A DNA stretch of 39,997 nucleotides from Ignisphaera sp. (GCA_038889075.1 JAWAHS010000004.1:20036-60032), one strand, 5' to 3'. Counted from the first letter of the stretch, positions 1 to 10,063 are shown. The notes: generated by a model not told the origin, from the sequence alone. Numbers and translations are program-made.

Positions 1-1125
1 TATAGAGATGACATCTGCATCGTCCTCTGTTCCTACTAAACCATCGGGTCCCTTGACAGACTCTACTATACCTCTAGCTATATCGCTAGCATAGCCCTTA
101 CCTGATGCATCGAGGACTCTAATCGCATATAGAACAGACTTGGGAGCAACACCTGCGATACCCCAGTTATTTAGCCTAGCTGCGACAATTCCAGCAACAT
201 GCGTTCCGTGTCCATGTGGATCGGCACAGTTAGCCAGATCAAAACCTCTGTAGAACACCCTGGTGGCGTTTAGTGAGACCACACACCACACTACAGCACC
301 AGAGAGGTCTCTGTGGGTATAGTCGATCCCTGTATCCACTATAGCCACCTGAACAACAGTATGGTAGCCATAGGCTGCATCGCCATGGCTGGCACTCGTG
401 GACCAGACTTGGGTCGCATTGATCATCTTCACGTTCCAACCTACTGTATCTGTGTACGTCGGATCTGGACTAGAAGATGGTTGTGTGGAAGACGATGATA
501 CATTTACTGTAACGGTACCAGATGCATATACGGTGGTTCTATCGATGGCATCTACTACTACAAGACTCCAGGTATAGGTACCTGGTGTAGTTGGTGCAGT
601 AAAGGTTAAGTTATCGGTTACACTGGCACCTGCTGGAACCACTAGATTTTTACCAGCAATAGCTATACTGTTTTCGTTGCGGAGCTCTACGATAATAGTG
701 GCATCAGCTGTGCCACTGTTTCTCAGGGTAAAGGATACTTCGCCAATCCCTCCAGGCTCTACTGTTACGCTACTTGTGTAGCTGACTAGACTAATCTTTG
801 GCCTACTCTTACCTGGAGGCGCGGATGTCTTTCCGATCATCTCGATTACATAGTCTTCCTCAACATATTTCACAAAGGGTAGCCCCCTAATTCTGATGAC
901 TGCACTAATCGGTATTTCGAGGACAACTGCACCAAGCTCTGGAATTTCACCAACTATCGCTCCAATCTCTGCAAGCTTGCCTCTGTGGAGTGCTATCTCC
1001 CTAGAATTGACACCTACTATAACCCTCACCTTTTGCTGCAATGCACCTACTGTCTGTAGTGGAGCTACCAGTGCTATGGTGGAGATTAGCAACACTGCGA
1101 ATACTTTAATACATCTGCTAGATAT
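1..1125 (-). CDS. Secreted subtilisin-like serine protease (S8), 3' end runs off the window; signal peptide + propeptide + Ig-like insert + catalytic domain
   Basis: Not in the ORF track; translated by hand: ISSRCIKVFAVLLISTIALVAPLQTVGA (signal), ...GLPFVKYVEEDY (propeptide end), VAIVDTGIDYTHRDL (catalytic Asp, ~335), DPHGHGTHVAGIVAA (catalytic His, ~205), GPDGLVGTEDDADVIS. Frame is open from 1125 to 1. Start is uncertain (ATA 1125 after GAGGGTG, or GTG 1095). Confidence 0.93.
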   Translation of the reverse strand, partial: MSSRCIKVFAVLLISTIALVAPLQTVGALQQKVRVIVGVNSREIALHRGKLAEIGAIVGEIPELGAVVLEIPISAVIRIRGLPFVKYVEEDYVIEMIGKTSAPPGKSRPKISLVSYTSSVTVEPGGIGEVSFTLRNSGTADATIIVELRNENSIAIAGKNLVVPAGASVTDNLTFTAPTTPGTYTWSLVVVDAIDRTTVYASGTVTVNVSSSSTQPSSSPDPTYTDTVGWNVKMINATQVWSTSASHGDAAYGYHTVVQVAIVDTGIDYTHRDLSGAVVWCVVSLNATRVFYRGFDLANCADPHGHGTHVAGIVAARLNNWGIAGVAPKSVLYAIRVLDASGKGYASDIARGIVESVKGPDGLVGTEDDADVISI

Positions 1126-1514
1126 AGTCCCACCCTCAGAAATAGGTGAGATTAAAAGGAGCTATACACTTTAATACGAATAGAATGGTAATTAATGCAA
1201 TAAAAAAGTTTAAAAACCCTCTATCAATAGACCTTCAGCCAACACCGTGATCGAAGCAGCCCCGACTACACAAATTGACCAGCTAATCCCTCTAACCACA
1301 CTAAGAGGAACTATTCTAAACTGCTGTATTTAGATAGGAATGATTTGGAAGCCGTTTCCTTGCAATTTTCTAGGGAAAGATTTACATACTTTATGAATTT
1401 TGTTGTCTTTAGAGTTGTTGTTAAGAGTTCCTAACACTATTCTCGTCCTCTAAGATGGTCAGAATCTCTCCTTAAATACTGGGAAGGCGATTATCTAGCT
1501 CTAGGTTATGGTTT

Positions 1515-2969
1515 ATGGCTAGAGATTTAGATAGTGGAGAGAAAGGTTACGGAGGATATTCGGAGGAGTTTTGGAGCTCTCTATCTGTTATACATTCACC
1601 ACTTGCAGATCCTATTGATCAACTAATAGAATTGATGAAATTTGAGATTATTCAGAGGGAGGAGGAGGGCTATGATATGGATAGCGCTAGAGAGGTCTTC
1701 AGAAACCTTATAAAGGAAAAGAACTACAGCAAAATTCTGGAGTTTTACAGCTCTCTCAATGGATACCCAATGAGAATGGGGTTTCAATACAGCGAGCCTG
1801 TAGATTATAGTAGTATCGTCTCTGAGAGTATAGGCGGTTCTACGGTTTTCGATATAGAGCAATCCGATGATATGCTATATGATAGGATATATGGTGGTTG
1901 GCTTGGGAGGTGTATTGGCTGCATGCTGGGTAAACCTGTCGAGGGTCTTACACATGAGATGATCAGTAGATGGCTCGAACTAGCGGGTGAATATTCCCTC
2001 AGAGACTACTTCCCTGATGTTGAGCTAGAATCTTCTGAAATTCCCCAGTGGCTATCGGTAAGGTTGGAGAATCTCCGTAGACACTATCGTGAAAAAGGCT
2101 ATGGTGTTCTCCGAGGACAGGTGGATCGGGTTGTTCGCGATGATGATATAGACTACACTATATTGAATCTACATATAGCCAAGATCTACGGATACAGCTT
2201 TACAACAATGGATATCGCCGAAAAATGGCTAAGCACGCTACCCTACTGCCAGGTCTATACAGCTGAGAGAATAGCTTATAGAAATCTGGTGAATGGTGTA
2301 CTACCTCCGAAAACCGCTACCTATATGAACCCCTTTAGGGAATGGATAGGTGCACAGATAAGAGCTGATCTATGGGGATATATAGCACCGGGGCTACCTA
2401 CAGTTGCAGCTGAATTTGCATATAGAGACGCCTCTCTATCGCATGTAAAGAACGGTGTCTATGGAGAGATGTTCGTCAGCGCTATGATAAGCGCAGCCTT
2501 TGCTACGGATGATGTATATGATGTAGTTAGAGTAGGGCTTTCTGTAATACCTCAGAGATCTAGATTAGCTGAAGCTATTAGGGATGTGGTTAGCTGGAGT
2601 AGGGAATCTAGAGACTACTGGGAAACATTTAGAAAAATAGTTGGGAAATACGGTTGCTACAACCCTATACACACCATAGTAAATGCCGCTATAGTTGTAG
2701 CCTCGCTTCTACATGGAAATGGAGATTTTGAGAGAACGATAATACTGGCTGTTTTAAGTGGCTTTGATACAGATTGCAATGGTGCCACAGCAGGCTCTAT
2801 AGTAGGTGTAATGATGGGATCTAATAAGCTGCCCAGGGGATGGTCAATCCAACTAAACGATAGAGTTGAAAGCTATATAGCTGGCTACAACGATGCAAGA
2901 ATCTCAGAGCTGGCCAAGCAGACGCTGGAGATAGCTAAAAGGATCCGCAGTACATACAGTAAAGGATAG
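1515..2969 (+). CDS. ADP-ribosylglycohydrolase (ARH/DraG superfamily) family protein
   Basis: Motifs YGGWLGRCIGCMLGKPVEG, RDDDIDYT, EWIGAQIRAD, GFDTDCNGATAGS. Confidence 0.88.
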   Translation: MARDLDSGEKGYGGYSEEFWSSLSVIHSPLADPIDQLIELMKFEIIQREEEGYDMDSAREVFRNLIKEKNYSKILEFYSSLNGYPMRMGFQYSEPVDYSSIVSESIGGSTVFDIEQSDDMLYDRIYGGWLGRCIGCMLGKPVEGLTHEMISRWLELAGEYSLRDYFPDVELESSEIPQWLSVRLENLRRHYREKGYGVLRGQVDRVVRDDDIDYTILNLHIAKIYGYSFTTMDIAEKWLSTLPYCQVYTAERIAYRNLVNGVLPPKTATYMNPFREWIGAQIRADLWGYIAPGLPTVAAEFAYRDASLSHVKNGVYGEMFVSAMISAAFATDDVYDVVRVGLSVIPQRSRLAEAIRDVVSWSRESRDYWETFRKIVGKYGCYNPIHTIVNAAIVVASLLHGNGDFERTIILAVLSGFDTDCNGATAGSIVGVMMGSNKLPRGWSIQLNDRVESYIAGYNDARISELAKQTLEIAKRIRSTYSKG

Positions 2970-3049
2970 ACCTACTCACTGCAACACACCTACAATCGGT
3001 TGAAAAGCTTAAATATAGATAAAATTGCAGAGAGCTCAGGTGATGTGAA

Positions 3050-3961
3050 ATTTCATCCAGTCAGAAAATAGCTATACTTTTCCTCGATACAGATAAGCAT
3101 GTAAGCCCCTTTGAACCCCTAATGGCTATAGATCTCTTTCCAGATGCAACAATAATGCTATACAGCAATGTGGAGCCGGAGGATGCTAAGAGAATTGTAC
3201 AGGATGCAATGTTTCCAAGGGGTCCCAAGGGCATTAGATATACAAAGATGTTTATAGGTGGTTATGATTTTGAGAAGGTTGAGAAGATTGTTGAAGTAGT
3301 TAAACAGACGATGTTCCCACCATTCGAATTCGCTGTTATTGTTGATCCAAGGGGTGCCAATACCACGGCAGCAGCTGCTGTTGCTAAGATGCTTCAGCTC
3401 TCTGTAAAACATGGTATGGATGGTTTTAGGGGTAAGAGAGTAGCAGTGTTAGCTGGCACGGGCCCCGTAGGTATTGTTGCATCAATTCTATTTGGACTTG
3501 AAGGTGCTGAAATTATCATAACATCTCGAAACCTTGAAAGAGCGCAGCTCACTGCCCAAAGGGTGAATATGGAGATAGGTTCTGAAAAAGCTGTTGGTGT
3601 CAAGGCATCTACACCTGATGAAATTGGTAGAGTGGTTGAGGAAGCAGATTTCGTGCTGGCTACTGGAGCAGCTGGGGTTAGACTTCTCCAGCTAGAGTTG
3701 CTTAGAAGCTGTAGCAGAGGTGGTGTAAAGATTGTAGCAGACGTAAATGCCGTACCGCCAACAGGTATAGAAGGGCTCAATCCAAACGATGAGGATAGGG
3801 AGATTGTAGCGGGGGTGCATGGCGTAGGTGCGCTGAGAATAGGTCTATTAAAGAATCGAGTATTGGCAGAGCTATTCAAACGTGCCATCGAATCCCCCAA
3901 GGGAATATTCGACTATAGAGCATCATATGAAATAGCAAAGCAGCTAGCAATTGAAAAATAG
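3050..3961 (+). CDS. NAD(P)-dependent methylene-tetrahydromethanopterin/tetrahydrofolate dehydrogenase (MtdA/B/C family)
   Basis: Motifs AMFPRGPKG, FIGG, DPRGANTTAAAAV, LAGTGPVG, ADVNAVPPTGIEG, GALRIG. The family's N-terminal motif (FLDTDKHVSPFE) is in frame upstream of the ATG at 3122, so the start is extended to ATT 3050. Confidence 0.88.
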   Translation: MSSSQKIAILFLDTDKHVSPFEPLMAIDLFPDATIMLYSNVEPEDAKRIVQDAMFPRGPKGIRYTKMFIGGYDFEKVEKIVEVVKQTMFPPFEFAVIVDPRGANTTAAAAVAKMLQLSVKHGMDGFRGKRVAVLAGTGPVGIVASILFGLEGAEIIITSRNLERAQLTAQRVNMEIGSEKAVGVKASTPDEIGRVVEEADFVLATGAAGVRLLQLELLRSCSRGGVKIVADVNAVPPTGIEGLNPNDEDREIVAGVHGVGALRIGLLKNRVLAELFKRAIESPKGIFDYRASYEIAKQLAIEK

Positions 3962-4076
3962 CACGATGAAACCGTAGCGGGATGGCGAAAAATCCTCTCC
4001 AAGGGCTATCAGTAAATGCATATAAGCTCCCTCTGGCAACAGTGTATCTACCAACAAGTACCTGTGTTGTGATATC

Positions 4077-4991
4077 ATGGTATGCCGTGAAAGATTTAGG
4101 GATAGAGTGTGCGTGGTTACAGGAGGTGCTAGGGGAATAGGTGCAGCTATAGCCTATAGACTTGGTTTAGAGGGTTGCAGAGTTGCTGTAATCGATATAG
4201 ATGAAGAGGCTGCTAGATATAGAATTGAGAATTTTGAGAGGAATGGTATCGAGGCTATGTATGTTCGAGCTGATGTGTCTGTGGAAGAGGAGGTTGCGAA
4301 GGCTATGGATGCTATATACCGTAGGTACAGCTCTATAAATGTTCTGGTGAATAATGCTGGTATAGGTTTTAGTGGAAGAGAGTTAGAGGAGCAAAGCTAT
4401 GATGAGTGGAGGAGGGTTATAGACGTTAATCTCACTGGCGTCTGGATATGCTCTAAACACGCCGTAAGATATATGAAGGCATCAGGTGGTGCTATAGTTA
4501 ACATTGCATCAACAAGAGCCGTACAGTCAGAGCCGAATACAGAACCCTACACAGCATCTAAAGGAGGTATAGTAGCACTAACACATGCACTAGCTGTTAG
4601 CTTAGCAAAATACAGAATTAGAGTTGTTGCTGTTTCCCCTGGATGGATTGATACAAGCGAATGGCAGATACCACCAAGAGAATCCAGTCTTTCACCTCTC
4701 GACCACCAGTGGCATCTAGCTGGAAGAGTTGGCAGGCCAGAGGATATAGCAGCTATAGTTGCATTTCTAGCCTCTGATGAAGCTGCATGGATAACAGGTG
4801 TAAATATAGTTGTCGATGGTGGGGTAACATCAAAGATGGTGTACATGGATGAGAATACCATATTCACCTCTCTCGAGATACTACTTCAGGATAGAGAAAT
4901 TGTAGAGCTAATTAAAACAGTTGTAGAGAAATCGAAACGTGGTGAAACATCTATAAAGGATAGGATTAGAGGTATTATTGATAGCAATTGA
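4077..4991 (+). CDS. Short-chain dehydrogenase/reductase (SDR) with ~50-aa C-terminal extension
   Basis: TGGARGIG, NNAG, catalytic YTASK, SPGWIDT. Confidence 0.93.
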   Translation: MVCRERFRDRVCVVTGGARGIGAAIAYRLGLEGCRVAVIDIDEEAARYRIENFERNGIEAMYVRADVSVEEEVAKAMDAIYRRYSSINVLVNNAGIGFSGRELEEQSYDEWRRVIDVNLTGVWICSKHAVRYMKASGGAIVNIASTRAVQSEPNTEPYTASKGGIVALTHALAVSLAKYRIRVVAVSPGWIDTSEWQIPPRESSLSPLDHQWHLAGRVGRPEDIAAIVAFLASDEAAWITGVNIVVDGGVTSKMVYMDENTIFTSLEILLQDREIVELIKTVVEKSKRGETSIKDRIRGIIDSN

Positions 4992-5035
4992 TTGAAGATA
5001 GAACCGATGTAGAGCTCTTTTCACCCAACTCTCTT

Positions 5036-6409
5036 TTATTTCACTTTTTCTAAAAGTGCATAGAAGAATCCAAGGGTACTGTGTTTGTGTGGCCATGCCC
5101 TCATAGTCCCGGATGTGAATCCCTGGTCAAAGGGACCGTTAAGGGGGATCAGCCTTACGCTACCACTGAATTCTTTGAGGATCCTTTCAACAATATCTTC
5201 ATTCTCTTCTCTAAATATAGAACATGTTGTGTATAGTATCCTTCCACCAGGCTTCACCAGCCTCAATGCTGTTTTAAGCAATTCGTACTGTAAAGTACAC
5301 GCTTCTCTAATGCTATCCTCTGTAATTCTCCATCTAAGTTCCTGATTCTTCATCAGCGTACCGCTCGATGAACACGGTGCATCAACCAGAACTCTATCTG
5401 CTATACCCTCCCCCAGAATCTCGGCTGCATTTCTAGCATCCTCTCTATATATCTTTACAATAGTTATCCCAGTTCTATTAAGCAACTCCTTCATTCTCCT
5501 TATTCTAGCCCTATCGACATCGAAAGCATGGATCCTTCCCTGGTTCCTCATGAGCTCACCGATATGCTCGGTCTTGCCACCCGGTGCTGCACACATATCA
5601 ACAACGGTTTCACCTGGCTTGGGATCGAGGAGAATCGAGGCTAGAGCGGCAGCCTCATCCTGAATAACTATCTTTCCCTCTAGAAAGATCTTCGATTTAT
5701 CGAAGTTGTAAGGTCCTTTGAACTTTATAACAGTATTCACATATGTGCTTATAACAGGTTCTACCCCCTCATCCCGAAGTGTCTTGAGAACCTCTTCAAC
5801 AGATGACTTAAGTGTATTTACCCTTACACAGATCGGATACACCTTGTTGAATTCCTTAAGAAGCCTTTTAGCTTCATCAGAGCCTATAAGATCCACCACC
5901 TTTTTTATAACCGTTCTAGATATCATGTATTTGTACTCCCAATCTTCATATACATCCCTCGGCTCCCATCTATACTGTGCGACAGAATCTACAATGTTCC
6001 AGAAGTACGCTCCGACATAGGGGTGGGTTTTGCCAGAGAGAAACTTAGCAATCCTACCCTTGAGATATCCGATTAGAATCTCTCGAAAATCTCTATATCT
6101 AGAATCCCTTACAAACTTTTCAAAGATTAGAAGCTCGATGGCAACCCTTACAGCAGCTCTAAGCCACGGATCGAGAATAGCGATATCCTTAATCCCTACT
6201 ATTTCAGAGGCGATTCTATCTATAATACCCATCCTTCTCCATATATCATAGTATATCGCGGTTAGTATTCTATCCCTTTCACTGCCTAGAATACCATATT
6301 CTCTAAAAACATCTCTCTTAGCCTGCTGGCTAGGCTTAACCTCTTCACCAAGTCTAACAGCCTTCACAAGAGCCTCAACATCTCTAGCAGATATTGGTAG
6401 GTAACCCAA
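5036..6409 (-). CDS. RsmB/NOL1/NOP2/Sun family RNA m5C methyltransferase with N-terminal NusB-like region
   Basis: DMCAAPGGKT, LVDAPCSSSG, YTTCS motifs. Confidence 0.94.
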   Translation of the reverse strand: MGYLPISARDVEALVKAVRLGEEVKPSQQAKRDVFREYGILGSERDRILTAIYYDIWRRMGIIDRIASEIVGIKDIAILDPWLRAAVRVAIELLIFEKFVRDSRYRDFREILIGYLKGRIAKFLSGKTHPYVGAYFWNIVDSVAQYRWEPRDVYEDWEYKYMISRTVIKKVVDLIGSDEAKRLLKEFNKVYPICVRVNTLKSSVEEVLKTLRDEGVEPVISTYVNTVIKFKGPYNFDKSKIFLEGKIVIQDEAAALASILLDPKPGETVVDMCAAPGGKTEHIGELMRNQGRIHAFDVDRARIRRMKELLNRTGITIVKIYREDARNAAEILGEGIADRVLVDAPCSSSGTLMKNQELRWRITEDSIREACTLQYELLKTALRLVKPGGRILYTTCSIFREENEDIVERILKEFSGSVRLIPLNGPFDQGFTSGTMRAWPHKHSTLGFFYALLEKVK

Positions 6410-6587
6410 TAGCTAGCCACCAGCATAGATAGGTAGTTGCTGTAGAGATTGGGAACAAATCCACTAAATAAAGCTTAGTATTAACCTGAAATCTGCTATA
6501 GAGTTATAGTCTACTGATACACTAGTGTATAGAAAAAGGTTTAATACCATCCATCCCACTATATGGAGCAGTGTAAATGTGAGAGCT

Positions 6588-7316
6588 ATGGTTGGTGCAG
6601 AGACTTCTAGAAGATTCTATACAAATATTGGTGTAATTATGTATACGCTATCACATAGGGGGTTTTCTAGAGTTAGAAGCATCTATAGAGTGATCTATAG
6701 ATACTTTGATGTTGGTGGAAGCTATACCATATTCTATGGATATCCGAGACCGAGAATATCGTCACCTATACCAACATACTTTATGGATCCTCCATATAAC
6801 AGAGGAAAGGTATTTAGAGTAGGTGCGAGACTGGTTCAGAATCCTGTTGTACTCTACATAAACCTAGATTCCGATTGTCTGAAAGAGGATTTGATTACGG
6901 AATCGGTAGAGAATGTTATGAATGGAGACTCCCTTCTCTATTTCACAGTACCACTTACAGCCACGGAGTTTCTAGATGCTTATAGGGTATCGGTCTACAG
7001 AATTTTTGAAGAACTTAAACTCCTACAGAATCTTCAATATCCATCGTATACAATCGTTGTTGGCGTTCGTAAACTCTTTCTCTCAACTGACTATACACCA
7101 TGGAGTATCGAGCCCTTGGTGGCTATCGATACCTCTGCTGATGCGGTAAGGGTGAGAAACGATACGTGTATAGATACCATACCTAGAGAAATTACAGGCT
7201 TTGGAAAGGTGCTCATGGACATATTAGCTAAAAAGCTCACCTACAAACTGGTGTCAAAAGGAGTGCTAAAACAAGGGCAAGGTGTACAGATACTGTACGA
7301 GGGAGATCGTGGTTAA
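6588..7316 (+). CDS. Hypothetical protein (first gene of the TrkA-MscS-MFS cluster)
   Basis: Long ORF with host-like codon usage. ATG 6588 is preferred over GTG 6525 because a TATA-like sequence lies near 6540. No motif recognised. Confidence 0.65.
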   Translation: MVGAETSRRFYTNIGVIMYTLSHRGFSRVRSIYRVIYRYFDVGGSYTIFYGYPRPRISSPIPTYFMDPPYNRGKVFRVGARLVQNPVVLYINLDSDCLKEDLITESVENVMNGDSLLYFTVPLTATEFLDAYRVSVYRIFEELKLLQNLQYPSYTIVVGVRKLFLSTDYTPWSIEPLVAIDTSADAVRVRNDTCIDTIPREITGFGKVLMDILAKKLTYKLVSKGVLKQGQGVQILYEGDRG

Positions 7317-7328
7317 GGTGACGGTATT

Positions 7329-8060
7329 GTGAAGATTCTTCTAGCTGTTAGTAAGAGGTATGCCAGGCTTTTAATTGATGCTATAGTTGATGCTAGGCCA
7401 AAGCCTAAGGTAACAATTTTAAGCCCCGATGAGGAGGTTGCAATTCTTGCAAAGACTCTCGGTATGGAATACAGGTCTGATTTAACGATAGAGAGGCTCT
7501 ATGCGAGTGAGGAGCTAGAGGAGTACGATTTAGCGCTAATAGCCATGGATGATGATCAGGATAATATAGCTCTGGCGAGAGCTGCAAAGTCTATGAATAT
7601 ACCTGTAGTTGTATCTATACTTAATGATAGTGGGAACAGGGATCTCCTGATTAGAGAGGGTGTAAACTACATAGTTGATATCAACGAATTCGCTGCAAAT
7701 ATCGTGAAGACAGTGGTTCTGCTTGATACCTGGGTAACCATTAGACTCTCAACCATTGCAAACATTGCGGTAGCGTTTCACCGTATTGTAAAGAGAGGTG
7801 TGCTAGGCGTTACATTGATGGAGCTGGAGGAGGCTGTTGGAAAAGAAGATGCTAAATTCATGTTGCTGGAGAGAGGAAACAAAGTGATAATGGATTCATC
7901 TAAGATGATTGAAACAGGTGATGTGATTGTGGTTACCGGCACTGAAGAAGGTGTAAGGAAGGTTATAGATAAAATTGAAAGAATCTTTAGAAAACATGAA
8001 GAAATTTATGCTAGAAGGTATGCAGAAACTCTTAGAACAACTACAAGAGGCTATGGATGA
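7329..8060 (+). CDS. TrkA/RCK-domain protein (RCK_N + degenerate RCK_C)
   Basis: DLALIAMDDDQDNIALARAAK, GVNYIV, IETGDVIVVTG; GGTGA SD 7 nt before GTG. Confidence 0.8.
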   Translation: MKILLAVSKRYARLLIDAIVDARPKPKVTILSPDEEVAILAKTLGMEYRSDLTIERLYASEELEEYDLALIAMDDDQDNIALARAAKSMNIPVVVSILNDSGNRDLLIREGVNYIVDINEFAANIVKTVVLLDTWVTIRLSTIANIAVAFHRIVKRGVLGVTLMELEEAVGKEDAKFMLLERGNKVIMDSSKMIETGDVIVVTGTEEGVRKVIDKIERIFRKHEEIYARRYAETLRTTTRGYG

Positions 8061-8827
8061 TAGAGATGGAGAACATATGGGAGATACTATCAGCAGCTTC
8101 ACCCCTCCTGTATAGGATAGTAGCTGCTGCAATAATAGTTACAGTTACATACTTTATCGTAAGAGGACTCGAGCGGATCATACTCATCATATTTAGAGGG
8201 CTTGAAAGAGAATATATCACCAGGGTTGTTGAGGGACTTAGAATAGGTATATACATAATTGTTGCAATGGTGGTGGCTACAGTTATCGCACCAGAGATTC
8301 AAGTACTGTCAATTCTAATACTCTTGATAGGTCTCTCGCTCATTGCCATGTTCTTTGATACACTGAGGAATATCGGATCAGAGTTCTATATTAGAACAAA
8401 GAATATTGTAAAGAGAGGCGACTGGATAGAAGTCGACGGAATTAGTGTAAGAGTTGTCGATTTGGATGCCTTTGGCATAGTTGGCGAAACACACAAACTC
8501 GAAAAAGTCTTCATTCCCTATTCAAAGGTAGTTAACAGCCTCATCATTAATAGAGCCACCCCACTCGGTCTAGTTACGAGGATACTCATAACAATACCGC
8601 AGAGCTACTCCCTAGATAATGCAAGAAACTCGATAATAGAGGCTGTTAGAGCTGTAGAGCAGGATCTTGCTTCAGAACCCGATGTAACATATATTGGGAC
8701 AAAGGGTGGTGTAATGGAGTTCAGTTTGGAATTCCACATTATTAACTATAGAAAGCTGGGTAAAATAATTTCAGTAATAGAGAAGGAGATTAGGGAGAGA
8801 ATCCCCGAAGCCACCATTAAGACGTAG
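8057..8827 (+). CDS. Small-conductance mechanosensitive channel (MscS family)
   Basis: Three N-terminal TM segments, then VKRGDWIEVDGISVRVVD...VFIPYS; ATGA overlap with the upstream gene. Confidence 0.85.
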   Translation: MIEMENIWEILSAASPLLYRIVAAAIIVTVTYFIVRGLERIILIIFRGLEREYITRVVEGLRIGIYIIVAMVVATVIAPEIQVLSILILLIGLSLIAMFFDTLRNIGSEFYIRTKNIVKRGDWIEVDGISVRVVDLDAFGIVGETHKLEKVFIPYSKVVNSLIINRATPLGLVTRILITIPQSYSLDNARNSIIEAVRAVEQDLASEPDVTYIGTKGGVMEFSLEFHIINYRKLGKIISVIEKEIRERIPEATIKT

Positions 8828-8857
8828 AGTACGTTCTTCAATTGGTGTTTCAATTCA

Positions 8858-10063
8858 ATGAGTTTGCAACAGTGGAGCAAATACTATAGGATATGGATTA
8901 ACCACTCGATATTCTACAGCTTTTCTGCAAACATATCGATGGTATTCCACCAGGCGTACGCAATCAGAATACTGAATTACGGTGTCGATGAGCTCGGCAC
9001 ACTCACATTTATTAACCTAGCCTTTCTAGCCCTAGGAAATCTGCTTTCGCCAATTCTCCTACAAAGATACAGAGATAAACGAGTCGCACTATGGAAGATA
9101 TTCACATCTACTAACATCATCTCATGGAGCTTGATAGGGTTCTCAGATATCATACCAGGTAGATACACCCTATACATACTAGTTGCATTAGCGCAGTTTT
9201 CCGGAGCTGCTGGGAATCTAGCATATTCAGATACCATAGCTGATATGATTCCAAAGGAGGAATCTGTAAGAATATTCAGTAGAGCTAACACACTATTTAC
9301 ATCATCGGCTCTAGCTGCTCTGGTGCTATCCGTATCGCTATTCGGTATCATGGGCCCCAATCTACTGAGTTATAGAATATGCTATTCGGTATCCTTTGGA
9401 GCTGCTCTAATTTCCGTAGCATTTCTACTTATGATGAGGGATCCCTCAAGGAGAAATCCAAGTATGCTGAGTTTTGGTGATGTGCTTAACGGATACCAAG
9501 GTGTATTAAATAATGTAAAAATTAAAAGCTACATAGTATTCATGTCAGTATTTACCTTTTTTGTAAACGTACCGGGAGCTCTATGGAACTACTATATAAT
9601 AAATATATTCAGGGGATCTGAAACATGGATATCGCTAAATAACATAACCTCTATCCTAGGACTATCAATAGGTAGCTACACCATAAGTAAATTCTATCAT
9701 AGAGTGAATCCAAAGAACGTATTTGTGATCTCGGTTATACCAATTTCACTAGTACCGCTCTTCTTCCTTATATCGTATACAATGGAGTACCAAGCAGTGC
9801 TGAATCTTTTTTCTGGATTTAGCTGGTCGGCATTTAACCTTGTTGCAGGTATATACAACCTCTATATAGCTGGTGAACATGAAAGAATATACATGTTATC
9901 AATGCTTGGAATAGTATCCAATTTAGCAGCGGCAACCGCATCAAAACTCGGATCCTTCATAGCATCTGTCAACCTTATAGCAATGCAGAGCACTTTTATA
10001 GTCTCTTTTATCGGGAGGCTTCTAATGTATATATACGGTAGGAGGAAGCTACCAAGCATATAG
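8858..10063 (+). CDS. MFS transporter
   Basis: 401 aa, ~12 hydrophobic segments in two halves. Confidence 0.8.
   Translation: MSLQQWSKYYRIWINHSIFYSFSANISMVFHQAYAIRILNYGVDELGTLTFINLAFLALGNLLSPILLQRYRDKRVALWKIFTSTNIISWSLIGFSDIIPGRYTLYILVALAQFSGAAGNLAYSDTIADMIPKEESVRIFSRANTLFTSSALAALVLSVSLFGIMGPNLLSYRICYSVSFGAALISVAFLLMMRDPSRRNPSMLSFGDVLNGYQGVLNNVKIKSYIVFMSVFTFFVNVPGALWNYYIINIFRGSETWISLNNITSILGLSIGSYTISKFYHRVNPKNVFVISVIPISLVPLFFLISYTMEYQAVLNLFSGFSWSAFNLVAGIYNLYIAGEHERIYMLSMLGIVSNLAAATASKLGSFIASVNLIAMQSTFIVSFIGRLLMYIYGRRKLPSI

Noticed and set aside
1247-1295. C/D-like spacing GTGATCG...CTAC...TTGACCA...CTAA
   Set aside because: All four boxes are degenerate and no guide target was recognised
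3962-4010. GC-rich GATGAAACCGTAGCGGGATGGCGAAA after mtd, reminiscent of an sRNA or TnpB-tail scar
   Set aside because: No D box, too short, no supporting structure
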